IMG/VR virus record: IMGVR_UViG_3300028920_000038
Span: 32,001 to 96,000 of that record
From: a virus
Length of the DNA: 64,000 nucleotides
Reading direction: 5' to 3' (one strand)
In this document: positions 18,440 to 28,529 of the stretch, piece by piece
Position numbering within the stretch: position 1 is the first letter of the stretch
How the letters are laid out: each line of letters starts with the position of its first letter
Position numbers and translations under genes: made by a program
The notes under the pieces: generated by a model
Databases searched by the model: none
What the model was told of the DNA's origin: nothing
Seen by the model: only the letters and a program-made list of their open reading frames with translations

Positions 18440-18970
18440 ATGGTAGATACCAAAATGGAAAGCGAATATATTGGATCGTCAAAGATTATGACGATTGATG
18501 AAGCCAAACAAAGAAAGGGAGTTATAGGAAAAGCTGCTACAGAATTTGAAGGAGAAATAGTAAATAAACAGGATAATCTGTTCAGTGATATAATGAGTGT
18601 AACATTTGGATGGAAAATCCAAGATGATGGATCAAGAAAACTAGTGTCTAAATTACCAAATGGAAAGATTATATTTCCAGATAGATCAGAACAGATCGAA
18701 GAATTAGAACCAGGTGTTCCTTATATTTGCTTGGTTTATGAAAGAGAACGAGAAGCATTCGCTAAAGTTTGTAGTGAAGAATATCAACCAAAAATATTTA
18801 TTCCTTCATCAAGAATGCCAACTATGGTCTGGAGAGATGATTCTCATAAAGTACGAAGGAAAATTCCAGTGGCAGATTCCTATGAAGGTAGAATAGTTCT
18901 TGCTATAAAAGAAATGGAAAAATTAGGATTTCCATCAATTAAAGTTATATTTAGAAACAATCAGAAATAA
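18440..18970 (+). CDS. Hypothetical protein
   Basis: ORF with RBS GGTGA. Confidence 0.6.
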   Translation: MVDTKMESEYIGSSKIMTIDEAKQRKGVIGKAATEFEGEIVNKQDNLFSDIMSVTFGWKIQDDGSRKLVSKLPNGKIIFPDRSEQIEELEPGVPYICLVYEREREAFAKVCSEEYQPKIFIPSSRMPTMVWRDDSHKVRRKIPVADSYEGRIVLAIKEMEKLGFPSIKVIFRNNQK

Positions 18971-19169
18971 GGATAGATTATAATGGCTAAGCGTTGTTAC
19001 ATTTGCGGAAACAATACAATATTCTATATATGGAGTTCTTCAAGAAATTTCCCTAGAGGAAGTTTAATTAAGGCTAAAAACATAACAAGTAAAAGAGAAA
19101 AGAAAAATATAAAATTAGCGGGTTATCCAGTATGTATTAATTGTTATAATAAATTATTAGAGTAGATAT

Positions 19170-20132
19170 ATGAAAATAGCTGTACAATGCGGATCAGTAG
19201 GAGAAAGATGCGGTATATGGACTTATTCATCTAGATTCATAGACGCAATGAATAAAATTAAAGGAGTAGAGGCATTTCCTTTTGTCTCTAAAATTAAACG
19301 AGGTAAGAAGTTCGATATTATAAATATACAATACGAACCAGGTATGTGTCCTCCAAATCTATTAAATGGTATATTACAGAAATATACCGAACCTATAGTA
19401 GTAACAGTTCATCATACTGGATATTTACCACAATTTTATCCAATGATGGATGGACTTGTTTTTCATTCCAAGAATCAAATAGTAGGAGAGCCTTGGGATT
19501 ATACAATCATAAAACATCCAGCGTTAGTATTCCCAGAAAAAGGTAAAGATAAAATGAGAAAAAAATATGGAATACCCAAAGATAAAAAAGTAATAGGAAC
19601 TGCTGGGTTTATTTGTGGTACTGGTAAGAAATTACCTAGAATTGCAGAAGAATTATTTAAGGATTTAAAAGACGATGAATTTGTTTATTTCATTACATCC
19701 TTTTGGAAAGGAGGAGATTTTTCAAATAAAGAAACTATACAAAAAATTGTAAAGAAATATAATATAAAAGAAGATCAGTTTAAATTAGATACTGAATTTG
19801 TTCCAGAAGAGATTCTAAATGAAAAGATGCAATGTTGTGATCTTTTATTCTCTTGGAATAATAGTACATCAGCTGGAGGAACTTCTGGTATAGCAATGGA
19901 TATGTTAGGAGCTAGAAGGAAAGTTATAGTGAAAGATGCTCCTCATTATTATGAAGTTTCTACTATAAAAGGTGTAGAAATTGGTAGACCAGGAGAAAAA
20001 GAATTTGTAGAAGATGTCTTTAAATTACTTAGAAAAGGAAATTTAACTGAAGTTCCAGATCCAGAACCATATTCATGGGACACACTAGCTTCTAAGTATC
20101 TAGAATATTTCGAAGAAATAGTAGGTGAATAA
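19170..20132 (+). CDS. GT-B glycosyltransferase (GT4-like)
   Basis: VIGTAGF, CDLLFSW...SAGGTSG..MDMLG and VIVKD nucleotide-sugar-binding region. Confidence 0.75.
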   Translation: MKIAVQCGSVGERCGIWTYSSRFIDAMNKIKGVEAFPFVSKIKRGKKFDIINIQYEPGMCPPNLLNGILQKYTEPIVVTVHHTGYLPQFYPMMDGLVFHSKNQIVGEPWDYTIIKHPALVFPEKGKDKMRKKYGIPKDKKVIGTAGFICGTGKKLPRIAEELFKDLKDDEFVYFITSFWKGGDFSNKETIQKIVKKYNIKEDQFKLDTEFVPEEILNEKMQCCDLLFSWNNSTSAGGTSGIAMDMLGARRKVIVKDAPHYYEVSTIKGVEIGRPGEKEFVEDVFKLLRKGNLTEVPDPEPYSWDTLASKYLEYFEEIVGE

Positions 20133-21406
20133 TGACACAAGAAAGAGTATTATTAGTGGGAGATTCTTTAGAAGGTCCAACAGGATTTGCTACAGATTTA
20201 GCAGGAGTATCTTGGTGCTTAGCTAAAAAATACGATGTTCATGTTCTTGGTTTACAATCCAGAGGTAAAAGTAAAGTTAAAATAGGAATTGAAGATGAAC
20301 AAAGACAGGTTATACAGCATCCAAATTATCCCAGATCAAAAGAAAGATGGGATTTTGGTACAAGATCTTTACCTAGATTGTTAGATGAATTAGAACCAGA
20401 TGCTTTAGTTACAGTGAATGATATTCAAATGGTATCTCATGTACCACAAACTATGTGTCCAAACAGTATTAATATGCCAGTTATTGATTTACCTTCTAAA
20501 AAATTTGTATCTGAAACTGCATTGATGGAAAAACTTAAAGGAGAAATTATAAAGTTCCAAGAGAGATTTCCTAGAGAAGTTAAATGGGTTCAATATGCTC
20601 CTCAAGATGGAGATCCTCCTATGCAGAATTGGGAGTATATATATAAAATGGCAGATCAAGTTGTGGCTATGTCTGATTATGGTAAAGATATATTTAAGAA
20701 TTTTTTCAAAATGGATGTACCTAGAATCTGGCATGGGGTAAATACAACTACTTTTACAAATGAAGAGAAGCCTGAACCTTTAAAAGATAAATTTATAGTA
20801 GGTAATTTTAATAGAAATCAACCTAGAAAACAACCAGTGAGAACAATGATAGCTTTCTCTAAATTTGCTCAAGATAAGAATGATGTACTCCTACATATGC
20901 AAATGGATTGGAAAGATCAATTTGGATGGCCTATAAGTTATTTTGCTAATCTTTATGGAATATCCAATAAAATGATACAACCAAAACCAGTTGGTATCCC
21001 AACAGAAGAAGTTGCTAAAACCTATAATATGTGGGATATTAATTGTAATGCAACAGCTGGTGAAGGATTCGGATTAACACATATTGAAGGATTTGCTTGC
21101 GGATTACCTAGTATAGGAACAGATTACACTACAAGTAGAGAACTTATTATCAAAGGTAAACCTTCTCCAAGAGGAGAATTGGTACGTCCTATAGATTTAC
21201 ATTGGCAAAAAATGGACGTAGCAGCAGTACGAAGAGCTTTAGTAGATATTAATCACTTAGCAGAAATATTTAATAAATACTATTATAATAGAGATCTTGT
21301 GAAAGAGCATGGAAAGAATGCAGAAAAATGGGTAAAGAAGAATTGTAGTTGGAATGTTATTGAACCTCAATGGCTGAAAGTTGTTGATGATGTTTTATCA
21401 AAATAG
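20132..21406 (+). CDS. GT4 glycosyltransferase
   Basis: GNFNRNQPRKQ and EGFGLTHIEGFACGLPSI (Ex7E). Confidence 0.9.
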   Translation: MTQERVLLVGDSLEGPTGFATDLAGVSWCLAKKYDVHVLGLQSRGKSKVKIGIEDEQRQVIQHPNYPRSKERWDFGTRSLPRLLDELEPDALVTVNDIQMVSHVPQTMCPNSINMPVIDLPSKKFVSETALMEKLKGEIIKFQERFPREVKWVQYAPQDGDPPMQNWEYIYKMADQVVAMSDYGKDIFKNFFKMDVPRIWHGVNTTTFTNEEKPEPLKDKFIVGNFNRNQPRKQPVRTMIAFSKFAQDKNDVLLHMQMDWKDQFGWPISYFANLYGISNKMIQPKPVGIPTEEVAKTYNMWDINCNATAGEGFGLTHIEGFACGLPSIGTDYTTSRELIIKGKPSPRGELVRPIDLHWQKMDVAAVRRALVDINHLAEIFNKYYYNRDLVKEHGKNAEKWVKKNCSWNVIEPQWLKVVDDVLSK

Positions 21407-21415
21407 AGGAATATA

Positions 21416-21637
21416 ATGACGAGTTTAAAAGAATTAGAATTCGCGATAGATTCTTTAGTTGAAGAATTGATAGCAGTAAAAGTTTATTTCCAAAGAGTTA
21501 GACAAACAAAAGATAAAGAATTAAAAGCAATACTCTCTCATAATCTAGATGAAGAGAAAGAACATGCTGCTATGTTAATAAATTGGTTGCGTAGTATAGA
21601 TAAAGAATTCGATAAGAAATTTACAGAGCATGATTAA
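21416..21637 (+). CDS. Encapsulin-associated ferritin-like protein (EncFtn-like)
   Basis: SLVEELIAVKVYFQRV...KELKAILSHNLDEEKEHAAMLINWLR..D matches the EncFtn signature. Confidence 0.85.
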   Translation: MTSLKELEFAIDSLVEELIAVKVYFQRVRQTKDKELKAILSHNLDEEKEHAAMLINWLRSIDKEFDKKFTEHD

Positions 21638-21866
21638 ATTAAGAAAAATAAGAATAGATAGATTGTTTATACAAGGATTATTATATAGAGTTCATATAAT
21701 ATTAATACAATCTATATTTTGGTATATACTTTTAGGAATAACAACTGGTATGTGGAAATGGGAATGGGCAATAAGTTCATCTCTATTGTGGAATGTTATA
21801 AATACATTTCTTTATTATAATTTCCATTATTGGATATCAAGATTATGGAAATTAGGGAAGGAATAA
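21630..21866 (+). CDS. DUF2061-like membrane protein
   Basis: Two TM helices with an LYY.FH..I..LWKLG ending. Confidence 0.5.
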   Translation: MIKLRKIRIDRLFIQGLLYRVHIILIQSIFWYILLGITTGMWKWEWAISSSLLWNVINTFLYYNFHYWISRLWKLGKE

Positions 21867-21868
21867 TA

Positions 21869-22072
21869 ATGAGAGGATTTGGAAGAGGAAGAAGTATGAG
21901 AAATTATCAAAGACCAGGAAGAAATAGATTCCCAACTGGAGATAAACCTGGCTCTGGTCCTGGAGGATATTGTATATGTCCTTCTTGTGGATATAAAACA
22001 CCTCATAGTAGGTTAAGGCCTTGCAATCAAAGGACCTGTCCAAAATGTGGCGATACATTAACAAAGGAATAG
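21869..22072 (+). CDS. Gly/Arg-rich protein with GPGGYCxCPxCG...PC...CPKCG metal-binding domain
   Basis: Motif visible; start moved to ATG 21869. Confidence 0.65.
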   Translation: MRGFGRGRSMRNYQRPGRNRFPTGDKPGSGPGGYCICPSCGYKTPHSRLRPCNQRTCPKCGDTLTKE

Positions 22073-22375
22073 ATGACATCTAAAAAGAGACTATTGGAAT
22101 TATACGAAAAATGCTTAGATGAAATGTATAAAGAATCCGTACCTTCGATAACTTGGGAACAGTACAAAGAGAAGTACGGAGGAACTGATATACAGGGATT
22201 TAAATATCATTATCTTTCAAATGAGAGATTCAAAGAAATCGGAGATAAATATTTAAAGAAAATTAATAAAAAAGATAGACCTAGTTTTATGATGTCTTTA
22301 GTAGATTTATCTCCTACATGTAGTGAAAAACAATGGAAGATAGATACCAAAGAAAAATTAAAGGAGAAAAAATGA
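22073..22375 (+). CDS. Hypothetical protein
   Basis: ORF track. Confidence 0.55.
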   Translation: MTSKKRLLELYEKCLDEMYKESVPSITWEQYKEKYGGTDIQGFKYHYLSNERFKEIGDKYLKKINKKDRPSFMMSLVDLSPTCSEKQWKIDTKEKLKEKK

Positions 22376-22533
22376 AATTCATAGAGTGCACTTGTTCAAA
22401 TTGTAATTTGTCATATAAGATTACATTTGATGAAGATATATCAGAATTTAGTTTATATTGTCCTGTATGTGGGTGCAATGATATTCAATATCATAAAATT
22501 GATCCAAATGGTTTTTAAATATAGAGGGTTAAT

Positions 22534-22920
22534 ATGTTTTGGTATTTATGTCTTGTAGTTTTTTTTATAAGTGTAGTATATTTATATTGGAGGTATAAAA
22601 TGGCAGATGTCATTACAGATACATATCCTTTACATATTGGTTTAGTTCAACATGGACATGCAAAGATTTATAATGTTGTGGCTCCAGAAGAAGTAGAACA
22701 AGGAGATCCTTATAACATAGAATATGATTGTAAGAATGAAGGAGCGGTAACTGATCTTATCTTTGGTCACGTGAAGAATGATTCTGATGAAATTATATTT
22801 GAAGGAACAGATTGGGAAGAAAATATACCATCAGGTCAGCAAGTTCATAGGATAGCTCAAATGCCACCTATTAATGAGCCAATGGACGTAACCATAGTTG
22901 TTGGATATAGGAAACCTTAA
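22534..22920 (+). CDS. Ig-like/CARDB-like domain protein with optional N-terminal TM anchor
   Basis: Beta-rich YDCKNEG...; two in-frame ATGs (22534 and 22600), each with an RBS. Confidence 0.55.
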   Translation: MFWYLCLVVFFISVVYLYWRYKMADVITDTYPLHIGLVQHGHAKIYNVVAPEEVEQGDPYNIEYDCKNEGAVTDLIFGHVKNDSDEIIFEGTDWEENIPSGQQVHRIAQMPPINEPMDVTIVVGYRKP

Positions 22921-22926
22921 AAACAT

Positions 22927-23257
22927 GTACGAAGTATTTTTTGAATTAGGAGAAGAGAATTATCCAGTTGTTAGGATTGGAGAGGATTTTCTCTCTCCTA
23001 AAGATTTAATTGAAAACAATATTCCTATAGAAGTAATAAATACTATAGATCCAGATTGGGATCTATTAACTGAACGAATTAAATTAAAAATATCAGATGG
23101 AAGAATTATTGAAAGGTATACAACAAATGGGAAAATAACTCCAGAAGATATTCTAAGCAACGTTATAGATAGAACTGATGATGGCTATAGATATATGATA
23201 CAGGAACATAATACAATAAGATATATGGTTGAAGAGCATGGCAGCGAATCAATCTAG
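22927..23257 (+). CDS. Hypothetical protein
   Basis: ORF track (22898); the ATG at 22927 is the more plausible start. Confidence 0.45.
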
Positions 23258-23891
23258 AATGGCTATAATAAGTCCTTGCCACGATACTGCTAATCTATAT
23301 GTCCATAATTGGATGGAACCTTATCTTGTCCCTATGTTAGACCCATGGGAATTACATAAGTTTTATTGTGAAGAAGCAAGAGGGTTATATCATGTGTTTC
23401 CAGATTTTGAAGTGTATCATCCTAAAGGATTATTTGAACATGGACATGGTAGCACAAATTCTATAACTGGCCACAATTCATATGCAATTTGGGCTTTATG
23501 GGGTGGAGGACCACAATATATGCCTCTACTAGAAGATAAAATTGTATACTTTATTTCTTGTCATACTGGACAAGGTCTTGGACCAGCTATGGTTAGTGAA
23601 TATGGTGCAAGAGCATATATGGGATATGATGATCTTTGTTATGTAGGATATGGCGGAAGATGGAAAGAATGTCTATTAGAACCATGGATTGCTTTAGTAG
23701 AAGGATGTACAGTAGGTCAAGCATATCAGAGAGGAATTGATATGTATAATTGGTGGATAGACCAAACTGGATATGATCATCTTATTCATAATAGAGACCA
23801 CTTTGTTATGTTCGGTGATCCTGATGCTAAATTATTAGAAGAAGATTTAATTATTACCGATACACATCAGCTTCATATAGGAATGCTATGA
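23238..23891 (+). CDS. Clan CD cysteine peptidase (gingipain/C25-like)
   Basis: His motif HGHGS, Cys motif FISCHTG, AYMGY and C-terminal MFGDP. Confidence 0.65.
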   Translation: MAANQSRMAIISPCHDTANLYVHNWMEPYLVPMLDPWELHKFYCEEARGLYHVFPDFEVYHPKGLFEHGHGSTNSITGHNSYAIWALWGGGPQYMPLLEDKIVYFISCHTGQGLGPAMVSEYGARAYMGYDDLCYVGYGGRWKECLLEPWIALVEGCTVGQAYQRGIDMYNWWIDQTGYDHLIHNRDHFVMFGDPDAKLLEEDLIITDTHQLHIGML

Positions 23892-24050
23892 TTTGTCCTA
23901 ATTGTAAGAATAAATGTAATATTAATGAACAAGTTAAATATTGTAATAAATGCGGTTATATTTTTATAGATTTACTCAATATCCATGTCTCTCTAAATAA
24001 TATAGGAAATAGAAGATCATTAGAAAATGTAGATATGGATTGATGTTAAA

Positions 24051-24560
24051 ATGTTTAAAGAAGGAGGAAATATGAAACACCAATGGATATTAGCAATGCT
24101 AATAGTTCTTTTAGTAGGAATGGTAGCATTGACAGGTTGTATAGAATTTAACTCACAAAATGAAGAAGAGCAAGATACAAATAGATTACCAGTTATAAAT
24201 CTTATATATCCAATAAAACAGTATGATACATTGACTACTGACAATATAGAATCTACACCACCACCGTGGTATTATTTTCACTATCGGTATAATAGAGTAG
24301 CAGCATATATACAAGATCCAGATGGAGATGAAATGAATATTCAATTCTGGAAAAAGGATGCCAACTCAGATGAGTGGGTAGGTATAGGAAATTTCTTAGG
24401 ATATAATGGAACATATCAAGCAAATTTGTATCCAACAAATGCTGCTGTTAGATGGTTACAAGTAAGAATAGATGCTTCAGATGGACATGGAACTACCACT
24501 AAGAGAGTTATGTTACATTATTATTTACCAATAATTTGTGGAAATTCCGTAGGAGTATAA
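24051..24560 (+). CDS. Lipoprotein with Ig/PKD-like domain
   Basis: Signal peptide with lipobox LTGC; NRLPVI, DPDGD and IDASDG motifs. Confidence 0.65.
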   Translation: MFKEGGNMKHQWILAMLIVLLVGMVALTGCIEFNSQNEEEQDTNRLPVINLIYPIKQYDTLTTDNIESTPPPWYYFHYRYNRVAAYIQDPDGDEMNIQFWKKDANSDEWVGIGNFLGYNGTYQANLYPTNAAVRWLQVRIDASDGHGTTTKRVMLHYYLPIICGNSVGV

Positions 24561-24605
24561 GGTTTAAATAATGTATGTAAGAAATGTTATAAATTTATAT
24601 GAAAA

Positions 24606-25037
24606 ATGATAGATATAATTGATATAGCAAGATTAACATTAATATTTATATTCTCATTCTTTAGTAGCTTCTTGTGGCATGAATTGTGTCATGGACTCGA
24701 AGCGATCAGACAAGGATCTTCAAAAGCTAATATTATAGTTAAACCATGGACTATGATGACTGGTGGAGATCACATAACTAATAGTAAATTATTCTTTTTA
24801 GCCGGTGGTTTGTATTCAGGAATTATATTTATATTAGCAGGATTACTAACAATAGATCCGTACTTTAGATTCTCATTTCTAACAGTTGGATTGATGAATG
24901 TATTCTACAGTTATTATGAAATGGAGTATATAACAAAGCATAGTCCATCTATTTACCGAGCAATTCGATATAGTATTTATTTTTTAACTATATTAGGGAT
25001 GACATGTTTATTTTATTTTTTAGGATATATACCATAA
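24606..25037 (+). CDS. Membrane zinc metalloprotease (M50-like)
   Basis: TM-embedded HELCH (HExxH), LAGG and four hydrophobic helices. Confidence 0.65.
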   Translation: MIDIIDIARLTLIFIFSFFSSFLWHELCHGLEAIRQGSSKANIIVKPWTMMTGGDHITNSKLFFLAGGLYSGIIFILAGLLTIDPYFRFSFLTVGLMNVFYSYYEMEYITKHSPSIYRAIRYSIYFLTILGMTCLFYFLGYIP

Positions 25038-25438
25038 ATGAGACAACCAATACCAAAGAATAATATAATACAGAACATTAAAGAAGAACACCATAATAGA
25101 ACTCAATGGATGGACGAAAATCTAACCTGGAGAGAACGAGCTAGAATAGAAAGAGAAGTTGCTATTAAATTAGTAATGGCTTTTTTATTCTATTTAACTA
25201 TTATGGGATTAATGTGGTTTTTATTATGAGAATGAAAAAAATGAATAAGAAACAAATTCATGAAAAGATGTCTTATGAAATACAAAACTTCCTACATAAG
25301 AATCTAAATATGGGATGGCAAAAGAATAGTGACATTTACTTTGGTGTGCAATCAATTATTAATAAATATTTAGATGATGTAGAAATAGAATCTAGAGTTA
25401 AACCAGACCCTAGACTTACAGATTATGAGGTATGAAGA

Positions 25439-25888
25439 ATGGGGACAAAACTAATCGAATCCGATGAATACACTTTACATAGATTTTATGGTGGAGACAA
25501 ACGAGGTGTGATGTATCAGATAACTCAAAAGCATACAGAACCATTTAGCGATTCAGAATATCATTACATACATTTGTCTGCTGAACAGATACATCATATC
25601 TATGAGACTATAATTAATAGAGAGTATGATTTAATTGATGAGGAAATGAAAGTGAAAACATTAAAAGATTTAATAAAAGAAAATGACGATGATCTTACCT
25701 TTGGTGGATATACAGAAGATGTTCTACAAGAAGCTGCAAGAGAATGGATAGAAAAAATAGACGATGTCCTTTATGATGATAAGAAAGAAGAAAATTTAGC
25801 ACCATATAAACCTGATAACTATTACCATATGGATGAAGTTATGAGATGGATAAAACATTTCTTTAATCTAGAGGAGGACCAGGAATGA
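25439..25888 (+). CDS. Hypothetical protein
   Basis: ORF track. Confidence 0.55.
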   Translation: MGTKLIESDEYTLHRFYGGDKRGVMYQITQKHTEPFSDSEYHYIHLSAEQIHHIYETIINREYDLIDEEMKVKTLKDLIKENDDDLTFGGYTEDVLQEAAREWIEKIDDVLYDDKKEENLAPYKPDNYYHMDEVMRWIKHFFNLEEDQE

Positions 25889-26096
25889 GTAATGATTGGA
25901 GTTTGAAAGGGAAGTGTATCAGACCGTTTCCTAGTGTTGGTAAATCAGGATTTTATTCCAAAGATGACATCGAAATCCTCCGAGAGAAATTTATTGAAGA
26001 TATGAAAGAATATATGGACAGTCTTGGGTATATAAGATATTATGATGAAATTGAAATGATAAAAGTTATCAACAAACTATTCGGAGTTGAAACTGA

Positions 26097-26522
26097 TTGA
26101 ATATTATAGGAGCATTCGATAGAAATAGAGTATCAGAACTAGAACCACGAGCTAATAGCGTACTTATATCTATAACTTCTCAAGAATCCAGACACCCAGA
26201 TGTAGATAATAAATGGAAAGATATTCTACGTCTAAAGTTTGATGATGTAGAAGGTAGGATGCTAGATATAGAAGGAGCATCTAATGTTCTAACTGATGAG
26301 CAGGCTGAAGAGATTCTTGACTTTGTTATAGAGAATATAGAAAGTGACTTCTTTGTTAACTGCGATGCAGGTATCAGTAGAAGTACTGGAGTAGTTGTGG
26401 CCTTGGAGTTAATATTTAATTCTAGAGATGTATCTGATAGATACCCCTATCATAATAGATATGTAAAGAATAAGATACGAGATACTTGGTTTAAGAGAAT
26501 ATGGAAAGGTAAAGAAGAATGA
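26097..26522 (+). CDS. Protein-tyrosine-phosphatase-like (Cx5R) enzyme
   Basis: VNCDAGISRS P-loop; LISIT and LxFDD motifs. Confidence 0.8.
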   Translation: MNIIGAFDRNRVSELEPRANSVLISITSQESRHPDVDNKWKDILRLKFDDVEGRMLDIEGASNVLTDEQAEEILDFVIENIESDFFVNCDAGISRSTGVVVALELIFNSRDVSDRYPYHNRYVKNKIRDTWFKRIWKGKEE

Positions 26523-27466
26523 TAATAATAGCATGGGATTCACTTCGATTAGATGCAGTAGAACCTTTAAAAGGAATATTAGGAAAAGAATCTTGGACCT
26601 CAATGCCATCTATTGATGGTTTCACAGGTCCTATACTTCCTTCAATTATATGTGGTAAGTCTCCTGAGGATTTAGGAATCCCTAGAGACGACTCAGCTTT
26701 CTATTCTGGAATTGATCCAGAGAAGATAGATGATACTTTATTTGATTACTTCGATTCATATATCACTGTGTCTAGATTAATTGGACCTGATACACATCCT
26801 TGTGTACCATTACCTCCATCAAGAAAAGGTATGACAAAATTTATGCCTCCTATACAATGGAATGCAGTAAGCAATTGGGATGTTGATATCTGGAGATATC
26901 TAGGCATGAAATGGTCTATGAGTAATCCATATTGGAAAGATATGATATTCTTCTGGACATTTATTACTCATGGTAACTTCACTATCTACGATAGCCTTGG
27001 TGCAGTAGAATCACCCGAGATTAAAGATGGTAGTAGATTGATGAGAAGATTGGCTTATAATGATCCTAAAGCTTTACGTGAGTTATATATGAAGGGAGTG
27101 TACTATGCAGCTGAGACACTTAAAGGACTTAATGAAGTCTGTGGTGGTAAAGAACTAATAGTATGCTTCTCTGATCATAATGAAGCTCTTGGTGAAGAAT
27201 ATATGGGACAGAAGGTAACAGGACATTTCCATGGAATGCAGACAATTCCTGGATTAGAGAATATACCTCTATGGGTTAACAGACCAGATGTAGAGTTTCC
27301 AGAAGATATGAGTCAATTAAAGATTAAGGATCTTTGTGTTGAGTTGTATAATAAATATGAAAAGAATGACCCAGAGATACAGAAATATAAACGCAAAAAG
27401 CTTGGTATGTTAGGCAAACAAGTTCTAAAAGAGTGGGGAGATTCCACTGTTGAAATGCCTGACTAA
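26519..27466 (+). CDS. Alkaline-phosphatase/sulfatase superfamily protein
   Basis: IAWDSLR, FTGP (Thr nucleophile position), HG, SDHNE and GHFHG. Confidence 0.75.
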   Translation: MIIIAWDSLRLDAVEPLKGILGKESWTSMPSIDGFTGPILPSIICGKSPEDLGIPRDDSAFYSGIDPEKIDDTLFDYFDSYITVSRLIGPDTHPCVPLPPSRKGMTKFMPPIQWNAVSNWDVDIWRYLGMKWSMSNPYWKDMIFFWTFITHGNFTIYDSLGAVESPEIKDGSRLMRRLAYNDPKALRELYMKGVYYAAETLKGLNEVCGGKELIVCFSDHNEALGEEYMGQKVTGHFHGMQTIPGLENIPLWVNRPDVEFPEDMSQLKIKDLCVELYNKYEKNDPEIQKYKRKKLGMLGKQVLKEWGDSTVEMPD

Positions 27467-27770
27467 ATTATTTAAAAGAAACAAAAAAGAAATTATTGAT
27501 AAAGAAGAATCAAAATATCCGATTAAACTTATTAATGAATATGTTAATAAATATATATATGTAGATTATATAGATTTAGATATACCCAAAAACTTTGAAG
27601 GCACTTTATTATTCGAATCAACAGACCAAGGATTTTATATGGGTAATCCAGAGAATTACTATTTAATATGTTGGGATTGGAAAAGTCCAGTATCTGGAAA
27701 AGAGCAAAGATCTTATATAGTATCTATAAAAGATTCTGAAGGAAATCTTATTTGGAGAAGAGATGATTAA
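27450..27770 (+). CDS. Hypothetical protein
   Basis: ORF track; start uncertain. Confidence 0.45.
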   Translation: MKCLTKLFKRNKKEIIDKEESKYPIKLINEYVNKYIYVDYIDLDIPKNFEGTLLFESTDQGFYMGNPENYYLICWDWKSPVSGKEQRSYIVSIKDSEGNLIWRRDD

Positions 27771-27946
27771 ATGGCTTCGATGAAATATGCGGGATTACGC
27801 CATTGTCTATCATGCCTATATAGATATCAATGTGAAAGAACTATTAAATCTATAATGAGGGAAGGATGTAATTTATATCTCGGTGATGATAAAATTGTTG
27901 CAGATGGAGATGATTGAATTCCATTTTGATATGAATAGGAGAAAAT

Positions 27947-28306
27947 ATGGAGGAGATATATAAGATAGAATCGACTAATTATACATTAACTTTAAGAGCA
28001 ACTCATATTAAAGATAGATTTCCTATAGCTTATGCTTCTATAGAAATAGAAGATAAGGATGGATTAAAAATAGGAAAATTAGTAGGAATGATTAGAAGAC
28101 AGGAATTTAAAGGGATGGGAATATGCAAAGATCTTTTGATTGAAAGATTAAAATTATGTAGAATTCTAGGATGTGATAAGGCATATAGTGCAGTTTATTA
28201 TAAAAGAACTGGACTCATTAAATTATATAAAGAATTAGGATTTGAAGAGATAGAACCTTTATCTTCTGAATATGTTAGATTTGAAAAATTATTGAAAGAG
28301 GAATAA
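27947..28306 (+). CDS. GNAT-family N-acetyltransferase
   Basis: RQEFKGMGI acetyl-CoA loop and LYKELGF. Confidence 0.75.
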   Translation: MEEIYKIESTNYTLTLRATHIKDRFPIAYASIEIEDKDGLKIGKLVGMIRRQEFKGMGICKDLLIERLKLCRILGCDKAYSAVYYKRTGLIKLYKELGFEEIEPLSSEYVRFEKLLKEE

Positions 28307-28307
28307 T

Positions 28308-28529
28308 ATGGTAGGATATAAGAATATATCAATCCCTGTACCGTTGTATGACCGATTAGAAAGTATGGCTAAGGAGAATAATTTTAAGAATATAAGGGCA
28401 TTCATAATACATTTAATAAGAGAAACTGTTTCTAGATATAATGCAGAAAAGGATGGAATATTCTTCCTAACTGATAATGATGAAGAGAAGATCAAGAAGA
28501 GATTAAAAGAATTAGGATACATGGATTAA
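28308..28529 (+). CDS. Ribbon-helix-helix (CopG-like) regulator
   Basis: NISIPVPLYDRLESMAK...FIIHLIRE; C-terminal LKELGY. Confidence 0.7.
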   Translation: MVGYKNISIPVPLYDRLESMAKENNFKNIRAFIIHLIRETVSRYNAEKDGIFFLTDNDEEKIKKRLKELGYMD

